This document shows positions 1 to 12,788 of a DNA stretch of 64,000 bases, in pieces. This stretch comes from Oculina patagonica (taxonomy: Eukaryota). How positions within the stretch are numbered: position 1 is the first letter of the stretch; the number at the start of each line of letters is the position of its first letter. The DNA is taken from positions 1,116,001 through 1,180,000 of the forward strand of contig NC_135769.1 in the NCBI RefSeq assembly GCF_052425735.1, in the 5' to 3' direction. Position numbers and translations under genes: made by a program. The notes below the pieces were generated by a model. It saw nothing but the letters and a program-made list of their open reading frames with translations. It had not been told where the DNA came from and searched no databases.

Positions 1-538
1 GAAATAAAAACAAGTCAAGAATTAAAAGTAATTTGTATCACTATCTACACGACTTATCCCTAGTACTCCCAAAAAAGCCAGATGAACTTCGTAATTCTCC
101 TTACATCCTTACTAAGCATCTCTCGCTATTTAATTAGTATACCATCTTGTTTTAGTTTCGAATCTCAACCTCTACTGCTAACTCGCTTTACTATCTTTTG
201 TCGACTATGTTTTGGTACTGTCAGTATTAGTTGCTGATGTCTCTATAATTGACTTATGTGCTATATTTAATATTTTTATTTATTTTATTTCCACTTATTT
301 ACTTAGTTTTCATTTTTCTATTGTTTTGGTATTCTTTTTTTCTTTTATTATTCTTTTTGAGCTAACACATTCAATACAGTAGTAGCTTGCCTAGAATAGC
401 TTGGCTACCTACAAGCTACAAAGAACCTGTAAAAAAAATCTTATGTAAATAAAGTTACTGTTTTTTAAGAAAATTGTCAAATTAGTGATATTGTCACAAA
501 TGATGGCTAGATCAGACACCAATCATATTATTACCAAC

Positions 539-3500
539 CTGCAATGTACAACAACAGGACCTTCCTTTACATCTTCTCTCTCTTGAGCGATATGCACTTC
601 CTCCACTAATCTTAAAAACTGTCTTGGTGAGTCTGGGACACCATGGTCAGGCCATGCTGTGTACCAATAATGGTAAACTCTTCGCGGAGCTTCTAGTGAC
701 TGTAGTAAATTTAAAAATACAAAAGACCAGTTTATACATGAAAAGAAAATGGGCTAAATACACGCAACTCATTGGGGACAACTGGGGCTTTATTGCCTAT
801 AGACCAAATGCGATTCCCCCTTAGCAAGGAGAGAAATACAATTTATAAAGAAAGAAAATTAGATTTACAAACATAATGTTGATCGCTCCCTAATAGCCAA
901 GTAAATGAATATGGGTATGTGAGTTGCTTGCTTATGCTGCCTAGGCATGGTGTGGAATTAATTCCTCCGCAGTATTATTGCGGTTTTCAGTGAAATGCAA
1001 ACTCTTAAATTCAAAATCCAAAATGATTGTGATTTTCGCTGCCATCAATCATAATTATGGCGACAGCTAACGAACCACGAAAAACAGAAACAAACAAAAT
1101 GGATCGAAATCTACCAATCACAACCGAAAGACTTGACCTTTTGACCCGATTGAAGTGAACTTCTGTTTACCGAGAGGTCCGCTAAGATGATTGACGGCAG
1201 CAGAAAGTGTAAGCCTTTAGTTGAGGATTGAATTTCAGAGTTCGCATTTCACTGAAAACCCCAATAAATTGTGATAAACAAGTCTATGTTAAACAAGAAT
1301 GACCTAGCCTTCCTAACCACCATGTTAAAGGAGAATGATTTTATTTTACCTGTGAATGACTGATGTACAAAGAAGTTATCTGATAACCATCTCGTCCAAT
1401 TGCTGAATCAAATGTGACAACAATGTCTCCATATTTCTCTTGCATTCTAAATGTTGGATCTGGCCAGTAACGCTCACATTTTGTCTGAAAAGAAAAGGTA
1501 ATTTTAGTAATAAAAATTTACAGTAATTTCAACTGGTAATAATCCACAATCTGTGACAATTTTAAGCAAATCAAAGATCATCACAGTAATGTACTCAACT
1601 TAAGCAGTACATTACTGCGATGATCTTTCATTTGCTTAACATGTATATCTGCAGTACAAATAATGAATTTCATATATTCATTCCAAGTCTGTGACAATGT
1701 TAACAAAAGGGTTACTGTATATGTATGTCGCACCTCATTCCTTTCTTTAAGTTTTGTAATCATAACAATTATTGGGCAGTGATGATGCCATATCATCCTC
1801 CAGAAATCTTTGACTGTACATGATAATGGACCTAGAAAAGAAACAGTAAATTTGATGTACTGAATACCATAAACCACTCTCTTCATGGCAAAAAAAATCC
1901 AAGTATATTTAGCCCTTAACCCTTTAAAAGCTCTTATGATCCCAAGCTCTTGACCTTTCTGTTAGAAACAAATTTAATTAAAATGTATTTCTTTCCAAGA
2001 TTGTTTGAATGATTACCTTGGGTTGCTATGTAAGCACGTTTTCGACCCTCATAACCCTGAAATTAAAATAACAATGTGGTGAGAATAGAAATGTGTAATT
2101 TACAGCACATAAAGGTACATGTGGAGTGAGGTCTTGAAAACAAATACGGCCATAAATCCTTAAAGCCTCAAAAAAAACTTGATCCTGTCCACTCTACTTT
2201 AGACTCACTTTGCAAGTTTCTTTTAAGTCTATTTTTTTTTACAATAATTTGTATCCAACAACCTTCCACCTTACCTTCACAAAATTTGCATTAATATAAA
2301 TAGATAATGGATCTCCAGGTATTTCTGGTAGATTTACTCTAGTTCTAGCATCTGAAAGAAAAAAAGTAAGAAAATTTTAGGGTGATAAAAATTTTAAGCT
2401 TGCACATTTACCACCTCTTGTGGGAGGCACAGTGGACTAATGGGTCGAGCGGTCTGGCTTCAAGTCCTGGCCAGGGTCATTGTTCTGTGTTCTTGGGTGA
2501 GACACTTTACTCTCACAGTACCTCTTCTCACCCAGGTGTATAAATGGGTACTGGCAAATTTAATGCTGGGGGTAACCCTGCGATGGAATAGCATCCCATC
2601 CGGGGGGGAGGAGTAAAAGCCCCTAGAAAATACCCCAAGTCACTTAATGCTATGAAATTCAGGATAAGCTCGCTCCAGCCTGATGGGCCACTAGGCTTGA
2701 AAGCAGACTACATTCACTTCCTCACAGACACCACTTTGGACACTTCTAAGTTGACAATGGCATGGTACTACAAGAATGGTACCACAATGGCATGGTACCA
2801 CAAGAATGGTACCACAATGGCATGGTACTACAAGAATGGTACCACAATGGCATGGTACTACAAGAATGGTACCACAATGGCATGGTACTACAAGAATGGT
2901 ACCACAATGGCATGGTACCACAAGAATGGTACCACAATGGCATGGTACTACAAGAATGGTACCACAATGGCATGGTACCACAAGAATGGTACCACAATGG
3001 CATGGTACTACAAGAATGGTACCACAATGGCATGGTACTACAAGAATGGTACCACAATGGCATGGTACTACAAGAATGGTACCACAATGGCATGGTACTA
3101 CAAGAATGGTACCACAATGGCATGGTACTACAAGAATGGTACCACAATGGCATGGTACTACAAGAATGGTACCACAATGGCATGGTACCACAAGAATGTC
3201 CAGTTAGAACTTACTTGGTAAAATAAATGGATATCTGTTTCTGTAACTTGAACCCGGTATCCTATCTTCTGGAGGGGGATGATTCATAGGCATTTCCTGA
3301 ACAAAATGAGTAAAGTACAGTTGATGGTTAAATAAATACATGTTTGCTGAAAGTAAAACATTCAAGAACAGCTTACATAATTGCCTGATAAAAACACTGT
3401 CCTGAGTGAGTTTGGGAGGAGCAAACCTATCACACATGTGAGGATTGATACAAGGACGTCTGCATTCTCCCAAACTGACTTGAGTGTTTGTATCCGATTA

Positions 3501-4357
3501 TGCTGACATAAAGTAGTTACTGGTATTTTATAAATAGTTTTTAGTTTATAACTTAATAGGTGAATTTAAGTGATGTCATAGCCACATTTAAACTGTCTTG
3601 TGCTAATCATTTACTAGGCATCCAAATAGTGTGTACTAACTATACATAAATATATATAAAATATGCATTGATTTTGTATAATTAAGTAGATTATTTCAAA
3701 TTTCTTCATCTCAATGTCCAACTGTAACAATTCTTCATAATAAAATAAAATATATAAAAAAATGGATTTCAAGCCAGTCTCACACCAACAACTATTACAA
3801 TCTCAATTTTAACTTACCCAAAATTCTGCATAAAGTTGCTTGGAACTATTTACACAGTCTTCTAATTCATTACAAGTCAAGGGCCTGGATTTAGAAGCCA
3901 GCTTCTCCTCTGTAGGGCTGTAAACAGACAAAAATTGCAGCATATAAAAATGGCATTCGAACACCCCAAAAAGATCAATATTTATTGAGTGACTTCCATG
4001 GATTACCAAACATTGCTTCTGACCATGTGAGACGTCTTATTTTTTCATACAGGAAGTAGACATCACACTTAACCTTTTTTTTAAGCTAAAAAAAAGTTGA
4101 CACCAAGAAGAGTGGAACCCGAGTCGTTGGTTTACCAAGCTGAAATCATCCCCACTAGGCAGGGCTTGAGACTAACTTTTTAACTCACTGGTTTACTGGC
4201 TAGTGACCTTTTAGATTTTACTAGCCAAAAGTAATTTTTCACTAGTCAGGTATATTGATTTCTATCAAGAATAGTTGACTTTTCCGAGTTTTTCACTAGC
4301 CAAATGGCTAGTAGGAATGCTAAACCTGGTAGCCAAAACCTAAATTTTAGTGGCCTT

Positions 4358-4393
<36 letters not shown>

Positions 4394-6842
4394 GGCCACC
4401 AAAGACCAGCTGCCAGGACCATGATTTTTTTTAATAGAAATCCTAACCCCATTATAAAGGCTAACCGCAAGAAATCTAACATGGTATAACATGTCATGAC
4501 CTGTCTCCACATGGTCTGAAGCCATGCTTCGAAGTGATTTCCCGCTTCCATACCTTTCTAGAATACTTGGAGCAGGAGAACTGGTTCCTAGTTCAGTTGA
4601 GGATGATCTGAGGTCAAGAACTAAAGAAGCTTTTGAGCCACGCCTGAAAAAAAAAAAAAAAATTAAAAGCAAGCAGTTGCTCATCAGACAATAAGACCAC
4701 TTTGTTAATGATACTTAACTAATGTGTGCATCCCAACCCTCTAAGCTTACTTTTTTGCTTTAGTGGCCATTTGGCAACTAACTATTTAGGTAAAGTTGCC
4801 TACGGAAAATTTTAGTCGCCAATAATTATGTAATTATTATGAATCTATTATGCAGCACAAAGCATGAATGAAACTTCATCATTTGTGTTAACAAGCTCAA
4901 GTAAATATAATTCATTTTTCCTTGGTTTGATTCTTTGCATTAAGGCTTCATTTCACTTCAGTCTCCAGTAGGTTTAAATAGCACAACAACTAAGTGACTC
5001 AGTCCATATTGTTCAGAGTATTTTCAGTTTGGATGATAGTCTGAACAAGATCTAGAGCAGTCTTCTTGTATTCGCTAGGCTGGCGACTTGTTCAACAATT
5101 TAGTTGCGAGCTCCAAAATTATAGCTGCCATGGCAACTAAAATGGTCGCAACTCAGAGGGTTGTGACCAATGACTACTTTCTCCTCAAGCAGAAGGGTGA
5201 TAAGAGTAAAAAAATCATCAGCTAGATAACATTGTTGTCATGTACCACCAATTTCTCAACATTAACATTAAAAGAAATTTATGGCAGCCAGTTAGCAGAA
5301 TAAACAACTCAAACCTGTCTGATAGTGAGAGTTGAGAGCCTTTCCACTTCCTGGCCTTGGGAGGTAAACCAGTAATCGTGTAGACCCTCCCGGCATCTGG
5401 CTGGATCATGCTTGCCGACATGGTGTTTGTGGGGTCAACAGCAGGATAAAGAAGCTTCTCTGGGTCAAGCTGCTGTGCACGGTGTTCTTCTTCAGCTCTG
5501 GCCTCAAGATGACGCCGACAAAACAACTGACACAGAAAGAAGAATTAATGACTATATGTTAATACTAATGAGTTGTGGATCAGCCATCCCTGGTAAATGA
5601 CAATAACAACCAACCATTTGCCTTCAGACTGACTTATTGTGAAATGTCTCACAAAACGTTTGGCATGAGGTTGGGTATGCTGTGACTTACCAAGCAGACA
5701 ATAGCCAGAAATATGAGAATAACAGTCACACCAGCCACTACTGCCACAGGGAACCACATTTCTTGATAAACTGAAAGGTCTATTTCAGGTGTATCCTGCA
5801 AATAAAGAAAAATGTTTTTGACACAAATATAATACTAATCATACTTTCTTGATTAAATGCCAGACACTAAATCGATTGATTGATGAGGTCAGGATCTCAA
5901 ATAAACACTGCAGACATTTATATCAAATTCAACCTTTTAGGCCCAGAATTTATTTGAACTGAGCATTTACACCATGTTGTGGTAATGCAAAGTTGTATAT
6001 TATGAACAGTTGTGTACCTTGACACCATATGCAGTGATGTTAAACTCCCGCAGGAATGGCTGCATACTTGGGCTGTCCAGGGTTCGGATCATTTTATCGG
6101 CAGGAATAAAAACATTCGGCTCCCACTCAGACCCCATGGCTTTAACCATGTCTTTTTCACAATATAATTCAACCTGAATCTTCCTGAGAGAGATCTGTAA
6201 AACAAATCATTGAACTGTTGAATAAATAAAATGTTTTATTGAAATTTTCTCTAAATAGACCATTGCAAGGAAGGAGGGGAGATGATGGATGGATGGATTG
6301 TTGGAGGGACAGAGGGAGGAAGGGATAGGAGGGAGGGAGGGAGGGATGAACAGATGGATGGATGGACAGAAAGGCTGATAGATGAACGAATTAACAGACA
6401 GACAGATGGATGGACGGACAGACAGACCGACAGACAGACCAACAGACCGACAGGGGACAGACAGAACAAATGCAGGAACAAACACACAAGACAAACAAAT
6501 ATAGAAAGAAAAATTAAGGAAGAAGGAAAAACAAGCTGGCCAGAAAGTAGACAATGTCAACTCAAGCATAGCCTTTGCTTTCATTTTAGCACATTGACTG
6601 TAATCTATGAATGAAAGCTTAAGACAACTCTTTTTCAAATCTCAATGACCCTTGGAAGTCATTCTCATCTGATCCTGCTGCACATAAATAATCATGAACA
6701 CAAGGTTTTTAGGTTCCATACTCACTGGTAAGACATGAAGGATTACACAGCCTTGCTCATGGAGACCTAAGCTTTTTGAAAGGTGAGATGTAAAGCGTTT
6801 TTTTGAAGTTTCACTAAAGTTCTTGAGCCCAGTCGCCAGATT
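539..6842 (-). CDS. PTPRR: Receptor-type KIM-family protein tyrosine phosphatase (PTPRR/PTPN5/PTPN7 family), partial; last exon(s) lie left of the window and the 5' exon is unresolved
   Basis: Phase-consistent GT-AG exons: 6842-6726, 6194-6018, 5795-5691 (TM: [22 protein letters not shown]), 5526-5315, 4643-4554 (KIM motif [15 protein letters not shown] vs human LQERRGSNVSLTLDM), 3917-3818, 3296-3215 ([14 protein letters not shown]), 2351-2275 (YINANFVK), 2056-2017 (AYIATQG), 1831-1734 ([19 protein letters not shown]), 1484-1350 (KCERYWP), 699-539 ([20 protein letters not shown]). Confidence 0.9.
975..1267. mobile_element. MITE with ~40-bp terminal inverted repeats, in a PTP intron
   Basis: TTATTGCGGTTTTCAGTGAAATGCAAACTCTTAAATTCAA (975-1014) pairs with TTGAATTTCAGAGTTCGCATTTCACTGAAAACCCCAATAA (~1228-1267). 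Confidence 0.75.
2422..2710 (+). mobile_element. tRNA-derived SINE (degenerate copy)
   Basis: Body GACACTTTACTCTCACAG..CCCAGGTGTATAAATGGGTA..GGGGGTAACCCTGCGATGGA is shared with the copies at 29566-29862, 26652-27135 and 18686-18755. Confidence 0.85.
2754..3198. repeat. 30-bp minisatellite (ACAATGGCATGGTAC[T/C]ACAAGAATGGTACC), ~15 copies, intronic
   Basis: Direct tandem array with one polymorphic position and no spacers. It explains the five repetitive ORFs in the track. Confidence 0.97.
4160..4390. mobile_element. Non-autonomous hAT-like MITE with a 5-bp TSD
   Basis: TIRs CAGGGCTTGAGACTAAC / GTTAGTCTCGAGCCCTG, flanked by CTAGG at 4155-4159 and 4391-4395. Confidence 0.8.
6268..6470. repeat. 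Compound microsatellite (GGAT/GGGA/GACA)n, intronic
   Basis: Visible simple repeats that generate the spurious ORFs at 6207-6638. Confidence 0.9.
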
Positions 6843-9545
6843 CTGTAAGATGATAGCAGAATTAGTAAAATAAATAATTTACAAATAAAAAAGGAACAGT
6901 TATTTTTCCAAGTGAACCCATATTTGTCAGTTTTTTGCGAATTTAAACCTCATGAGAATAGAGGCGTCGGTTGCTTAGGGAATATGTCATAGTGTACATA
7001 AATTTTACAGGATAGCAGTACTTTCCTTAGCCCTGTTTGGTTAGAAAATAAGAGAAATGTCAAAACTTAAAAAACAAACTGCAAAATTTAAATATGACAG
7101 CCCATTATCAAAATAAATTTGTACTTTGCCAGACAATTTTCTGTTTGAGCCAGAAATGCCCAGACCTCCAGTTCTCCTGTTGTCAACACCTACCCTTAAC
7201 ATTACACATTTCTACCCTGGACATTGTAACATAACATAGCATTTATTCAAGATGTCGCAAAACAAGACAAAATTGAATATTTGGTAGACATGGCCTTATG
7301 TGACAAGGGGCACGACAAGGATTGAGTTGACATTAAGATTCATCTTTATCTTCTACATCTTGTACACCCACTTATTGTAAGGTTTGTTTATTGGATAAGA
7401 ATTATGAATAAAAAACTAAAAGTTTGTTTGATTATCTGATGTTTATTTTGTCAGTTAATGCTGGGCCCTTGAGGACAACTTTAATATAACAAAAATTAAT
7501 ATTTCAAGACAGGGAGTATCAAAGAAAGAGCTCAAAAAGCTTTGACAGTTGAATTAGGTCTTCAAACAAACCCAAAGATAAAATCTCTGCGAAAAGTAAA
7601 CAATCAAATACAAAAATGACAGAATGGTCTAACAGATTGCAAAGGATGTAGGAAAGGCAGCTGAACATGTCATATGACAAAATTAAATTATATGAAACCC
7701 TAATAGCAGCCTGAAGCCTTTTTGCAGAAACCAATATATCATGCAAAGCTAAAACTACTAAAGGATTACTGTTTTCCAGAAAGAATTTTTACTATTCTTA
7801 ACCTCAGAGCTCTGGGTTGTATTAAAGAAAAATGGTTAAATTAAATTAAGTCTTATCACCCAAAATTGGTGTGTGGTCTGTTTTTATCACAAAATCTTTA
7901 CCAAATACATGCTCTCTTTTTGTGCAAGGCAAGACAAATTTAGCAAACCCATTTTTTCCATGTCTTACTTAATAGATACTCTACTTGTAAATTTTGCTTA
8001 GCAAAAAAGTTTATTGAACGCAAACATCCATGCCAAATAATAACATGTAGTAAGAAATCTTCAAATAGCGAAGTATGATGATTATATTCGTTCATCGTTG
8101 CTTCGAACAAAGCTCCCATCAATGTTAGAGATTATGAAGTACATACTATATTTGTTTACAATATAGCATCCTCATACACTATGTGACTGATACAGAAGTT
8201 TGAAAATATGATTCTAAGTTTTTCATTTTTTCTTGAATATATCATATTCGAGTGAAGATTAAATCATTCAGTTGATGCCAAAACTGTTCCAATTTCCGTC
8301 AAGGAAATCATCAACATAGGATTCTATTCTTTCTCGTCAACAATAATTCTTGATTTGTTTTCTTCAAAACAATGCCTCGTATTGGCTGTTGGAATTATTT
8401 ACAACTTTGAAACATGGAAAGTGAGAAACTGCATTATTTACAGTGATAGCAGTTTCACTGATGTTCTTGTGTATTGCATCAAGAAAAAAATAATCTTTTC
8501 TCCCTAAATCCTTCAGGGGATAGAAGGATTGAAAGCGAGGGTGAGTTGCTAGAAATCCAACAGTTACAGAGGATTTTCCATTACTTCAAACTCAAGACTT
8601 TGAAAATGTTTCCATTAACACTAAATTAATTCAAACCCCACACAAGCTATTTTTATCTGCAGGTGTACTCCTCTAAGGAAAACTGTTAGCATAAAACTAC
8701 TCCACTGCCTTATAACTGTATTGCTTATGATTAAAATTTCAAAAATAAAAAAAAATCCTAACATGAAAAAAATTGAAACTTTAATAAACTTGTTGGTTTT
8801 CTTCAAAAGAGATTGCTTCCTGTCCTAAATTTTGTTTAGACATTGTGAACAGGTGTACAAGAATATCTTTACTTCAAACCTACAAATTTAGTATGTTAAT
8901 ATGGCGTTATCGTTAGAGAACTATCCGCTAGATTATACAAATTTCAAATATGACGGCAAACATAAAGCGTTTTCTACCGGCTTAAACAGGTTTTATTTTT
9001 TACGGTTCTCGGGTTTCGTAAATTGATCAAATTGTCCCCTCCTCCTCAATTTAGCCAGTTGACACTAATAGAAATTCACCGCAATAAAACGAGAAAAATA
9101 TTTTTGCAGCGAACTGTCGATAATACAGTACATCCGCCAGTTATTGTTTGTGTGGAAAGGTTTAATGAAACATGTCACGGAAATGATTGTTCAGCGAATC
9201 AAACCCCATTAAAATGGAAATCACCAAAGAAGTGGCGCGCAATGATCCGATGAACATAATTACAGGGTCAGATAATGCAAGATCGAAAGATCACGCAAAA
9301 AAACATTTTTGCGCGCGAAGAAACTGATGTGACCTTATTCAAATCTGACCTATAGAGTTCATTTAACGGCTGTTGTCGAAAAAAAGCTTCAACACGAGCA
9401 GATAAAAATAAAATCTGGCTCGAAGGTTGTCAAACCTACGCATTTTTACGTGGTTAGTTCGAGGTAGAAGCCCAAAAAAAATTGGCCGGGACGAAATCTA
9501 CCCCAGCTGTCGGCGTTCGCATGTTCGAACGAACCGCTATCAAAC

Positions 9546-9962
9546 CTATCGAATTGAGTTAAAAACACTGCCGTTCGATCCATTGTTTTTCGTTTCATCC
9601 ACATCATCCGATTCTAGTCTTCGAGTCAAGTTGTTTAGCAACAGACGATTATTATAATTCCCTCGGCAAAACACAATCACAATAGAAACTGTAACGGAGA
9701 TATATATGAAAGTACAAATGTCCATCGACAACAAAATGTGTGCTCGCTTCCTACAAACAAACAAAAAATACGCCACGATTCCGGATACGATAATGAAATT
9801 GCCACCGACGCGAATGAAGAAGGAATAAAGACAACTCACCAATACTAAAATATAAATTTCCGGCAGGTCTTTACGACCCGTGGTAAGGTTGCTGTTTTGT
9901 TGAGGTGTAGTAGAGTCGCTTTCGGCTGCCATGAAGTGGGAAATTCCTTGCTTAAAATCCAT
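9546..9962 (-). CDS. Hypothetical intronless 138-aa membrane protein or upstream ORF of the PTP locus
   Basis: ATG (9962) MDFKQG... to TAG (9546), with three hydrophobic stretches (IYILVLVSCLYSFFI, FIIVSGIVAYFLFVC, ICTFIYISVTVSIVIVFC). No family recognised. Confidence 0.35.
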   Translation of the reverse strand: MDFKQGISHFMAAESDSTTPQQNSNLTTGRKDLPEIYILVLVSCLYSFFIRVGGNFIIVSGIVAYFLFVCRKRAHILLSMDICTFIYISVTVSIVIVFCRGNYNNRLLLNNLTRRLESDDVDETKNNGSNGSVFNSIR

Positions 9963-10360
9963 CTGAATATTTTTCCCCTCATTCTGGTTCTTCACTTCAA
10001 GTTTTGTTCTAATATTTGGCGGCTTTTCTTGCTCTACACCATGGGAAAATCTTGTAGTATGCCTGCCGTACGATCCAGCGTAGGCAGTACGACCAACAGC
10101 TGATGAAGTTAGTTAGAAACAAACATTAGACGTTCAACCCAGCAAAAAAATGTTGTCACTGATCTCAACGACATAAAATAAAAAAATAAACAATCAAGAA
10201 CCTTCGATTGTTCCGCTGTGCGTGGTTCTCGCTTCAGAAGACGTCAAAATCCACAAAAGCCATATAAATTCGAAGAACCAAACCACCATTTTCCCTCCAT
10301 CACACTCGCTCTCGCTTCCGACTCGAGAAAAATATTCTTACGGCGCATGTACAATGTTTA

Positions 10361-10370
10361 GTCACGTGAC
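10361..10370. promoter_or_regulatory. Palindromic E-box GTCACGTGAC (CLEAR/USF/MiT-TFE-type site)
   Basis: Exact 10-bp palindrome in a CpG-richer region upstream of the minus-strand ORF and PTP gene. Confidence 0.4.
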
Positions 10371-12580
10371 AGGACATGAAAAATTACGCGCCTGCAGCTG
10401 AGGAAGACGAAAAAAAATTCAAAAAAATCAAAACATGAAGTCGTTTATAATGATTCTCGACAAGCGAAGCACAACAAAATCAATTCACTGTCTCGCTTGC
10501 GACATCATAAGAAGATCAAAGCACATCGACTTGGTTTTCACGCATAAATTGAGTTTAGAATTGAAAAATCTGAAGAGCGATCGACGAAATTTAACTTTTC
10601 AAGCATTAGCTGCTATATAAATAAACAAAAAATATTGCTTTATAATTTTAATTTGAATAACTGTCAATATTTTTTAAGTGCAAAATTCAGTTATATTTCA
10701 CGCTGTTAGATTTTCTTGCTATTATGGGAATAATTCTAAAATTCTGCAGTTTACAGCGGTAGTCAAGGCCCACTGAGCTAAAATTACCTAAAGCGACGGA
10801 AGAAATAAAACCGTCATTAACATATTAATAGTATATGGGGTAATAGCTGTTTTATGATATAAAATATGCTGGTAATATATGTATCTAAAGGGATGCGTGC
10901 CGATCGAAAATAATGTCAATAATCCGGGAAAGTTGGCATCCACTGTGATTTACGACAAGACTTTTTATAGGTCTGCAATGTGTGCTTAACTAGTAAAGGG
11001 AGACTACGGGGGCGAGCGCCGGGAACGAGAGAGGGAAAAACACGCAGCAGGCTGATCATACTCTGATCAGCTCTGTCACGATATCAGTCTAGCGTACAAA
11101 ATTACTTTCAAAATAATTCTAATGTAGAAAAACACTAAAGAGACGATAATAAACTAAAACTTAACAAGGATGGTTAAAATTACGCATTTCGAACAACAAA
11201 TTTTGAAAAAAGTGGTCAATTTTTTCAAGATGAGACGTCATTTTTCACTACGGTATACAAGTTACAGGTCAGTATACAGACCCTCTGTACAAACCATTGT
11301 GAACTTATTTTCTATGTTGATCAGTAAAAGTTCTTAGTACTACGTAGTACAGAACAGGCGGTTCTAATATTCGCATTGCAGCATCAATTTTGCTTTTAGT
11401 CTTAAGTAAGGACTAAAAATGGTGACAGAAGTAATTTTCTAGCGTGTTCGCGTGTTTGATCAACCTACTCAGTCGACTTACCTTGAGACACATAAGGAAC
11501 TGAACTACTCGTAGTTTACCGTTGGCGTAATCAAAATGAGACTGGTTTGACGAAAAAAATAATTTTCAATATAAAATTATTCAGAAAGTCTAGACAGACA
11601 ATAAATTTCCATATTTGAGTTGAGAAATGTCCCCATCTCCGCCTACATCCCGCACTTCGATTAGCAGTTTTTGTCTATAAAGGACAGCCGGAAAAGTGTT
11701 GTTGTTAGAGGATTATTACCCCAACAATGTTTATGTATAGCCATCAAAGTTCAATAAGTTTCATTAGAGGAGAACAAAACAGTTTTTCTATCTCAGTAAC
11801 CTCCAAATTACTGGCATTGTCTAACGTCTAGACTGAACTGCACTCTTGGCCATGATGCCAACTTTTTGACAAGGAGAAACGTGTGGGCATTTCTTGTCAG
11901 ATTTCTTGCGCCACACGCAAGCGGATTAAATAAACTTGTCAAAATGCAAAGACTAAAAACACACGCACGTCAAAGAAAATTTGTTACGATCCCTGTACAC
12001 ACTGCAGAAAATGAGCTTGTCAAGGATGACTTACTTGTATGTTGGCTTTGGCGAGCTTTGTCGTTGGAATTAATTGATTAATTAATTACTCAAACTTTTT
12101 GAATGTTCGAGAAATACTTTGACTTTCTCGGATTCTATGTCTTTTGTGAATGACAATATATCTTTCTGATTTCTCGTGAACGCGAGTTCTTGTGCGCCGT
12201 GTTTTAATAACAGTTTTCTGCGAAAAAAAAAAACGGAGCACCTTTATTTTTCGTGAACTGAGAATTTGTTTTATGTTATATAATTTGTAAGACGGGCTTC
12301 GAGCATTTCGCTTTTGGGATCGGCCTTTTAATCAGCGCAAGAGCCCGTAATCTTTTTGTTCCACCGTATGTTGCTCATTTGTTTATCATGGCGAAATATA
12401 TTTCACATTTAATAAAGGGGATAGGACTCAGTGGAAAAAAACGATTTCTAGATTTTTAGACGGTGCACTGTCCTTTACCTCTTGCTGGCAACAACGGAGT
12501 CTGGAATGGAGAAACGTGACGAGTTTGCTACTAACCTGACTTAATTTAACAAGTTTCTTTTTTGCTGGCGGTAGGGTAAC

Positions 12581-12788
12581 CAGTCGTTTCGCTGCTGGCC
12601 AGTTCACTAACGTCTCATACTGATTTAAGTTTAGTATCTACATCAGCATATTGCAATAAAGTTTACCAAACTTTAAATTAATATTTCTTATTTCGTGTGT
12701 TAATAAAAGGAGGGGAAAACCCTGAATATTTCTTGCGCGAGAGCAAAGAGTGACTTCGTTAGCGAACTGGCCGTTAGCGAAACGACTG
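12581..12788. mobile_element. Small MITE
   Basis: CAGTCGTTTCGCTGCTGGCCAGTTCACTAACG pairs with CGTTAGCGAACTGGCCGTTAGCGAAACGACTG. Confidence 0.65.

Noticed and set aside
2652-3226. Five overlapping repetitive ORFs or a possible CRISPR-like array
   Set aside because: It is a pure 30-bp tandem repeat with no spacers, inside a PTP intron, and there are no cas genes.
6207-6638. ORFs of 78-143 aa
   Set aside because: They are translations of a GGAT/GACA microsatellite in an intron.
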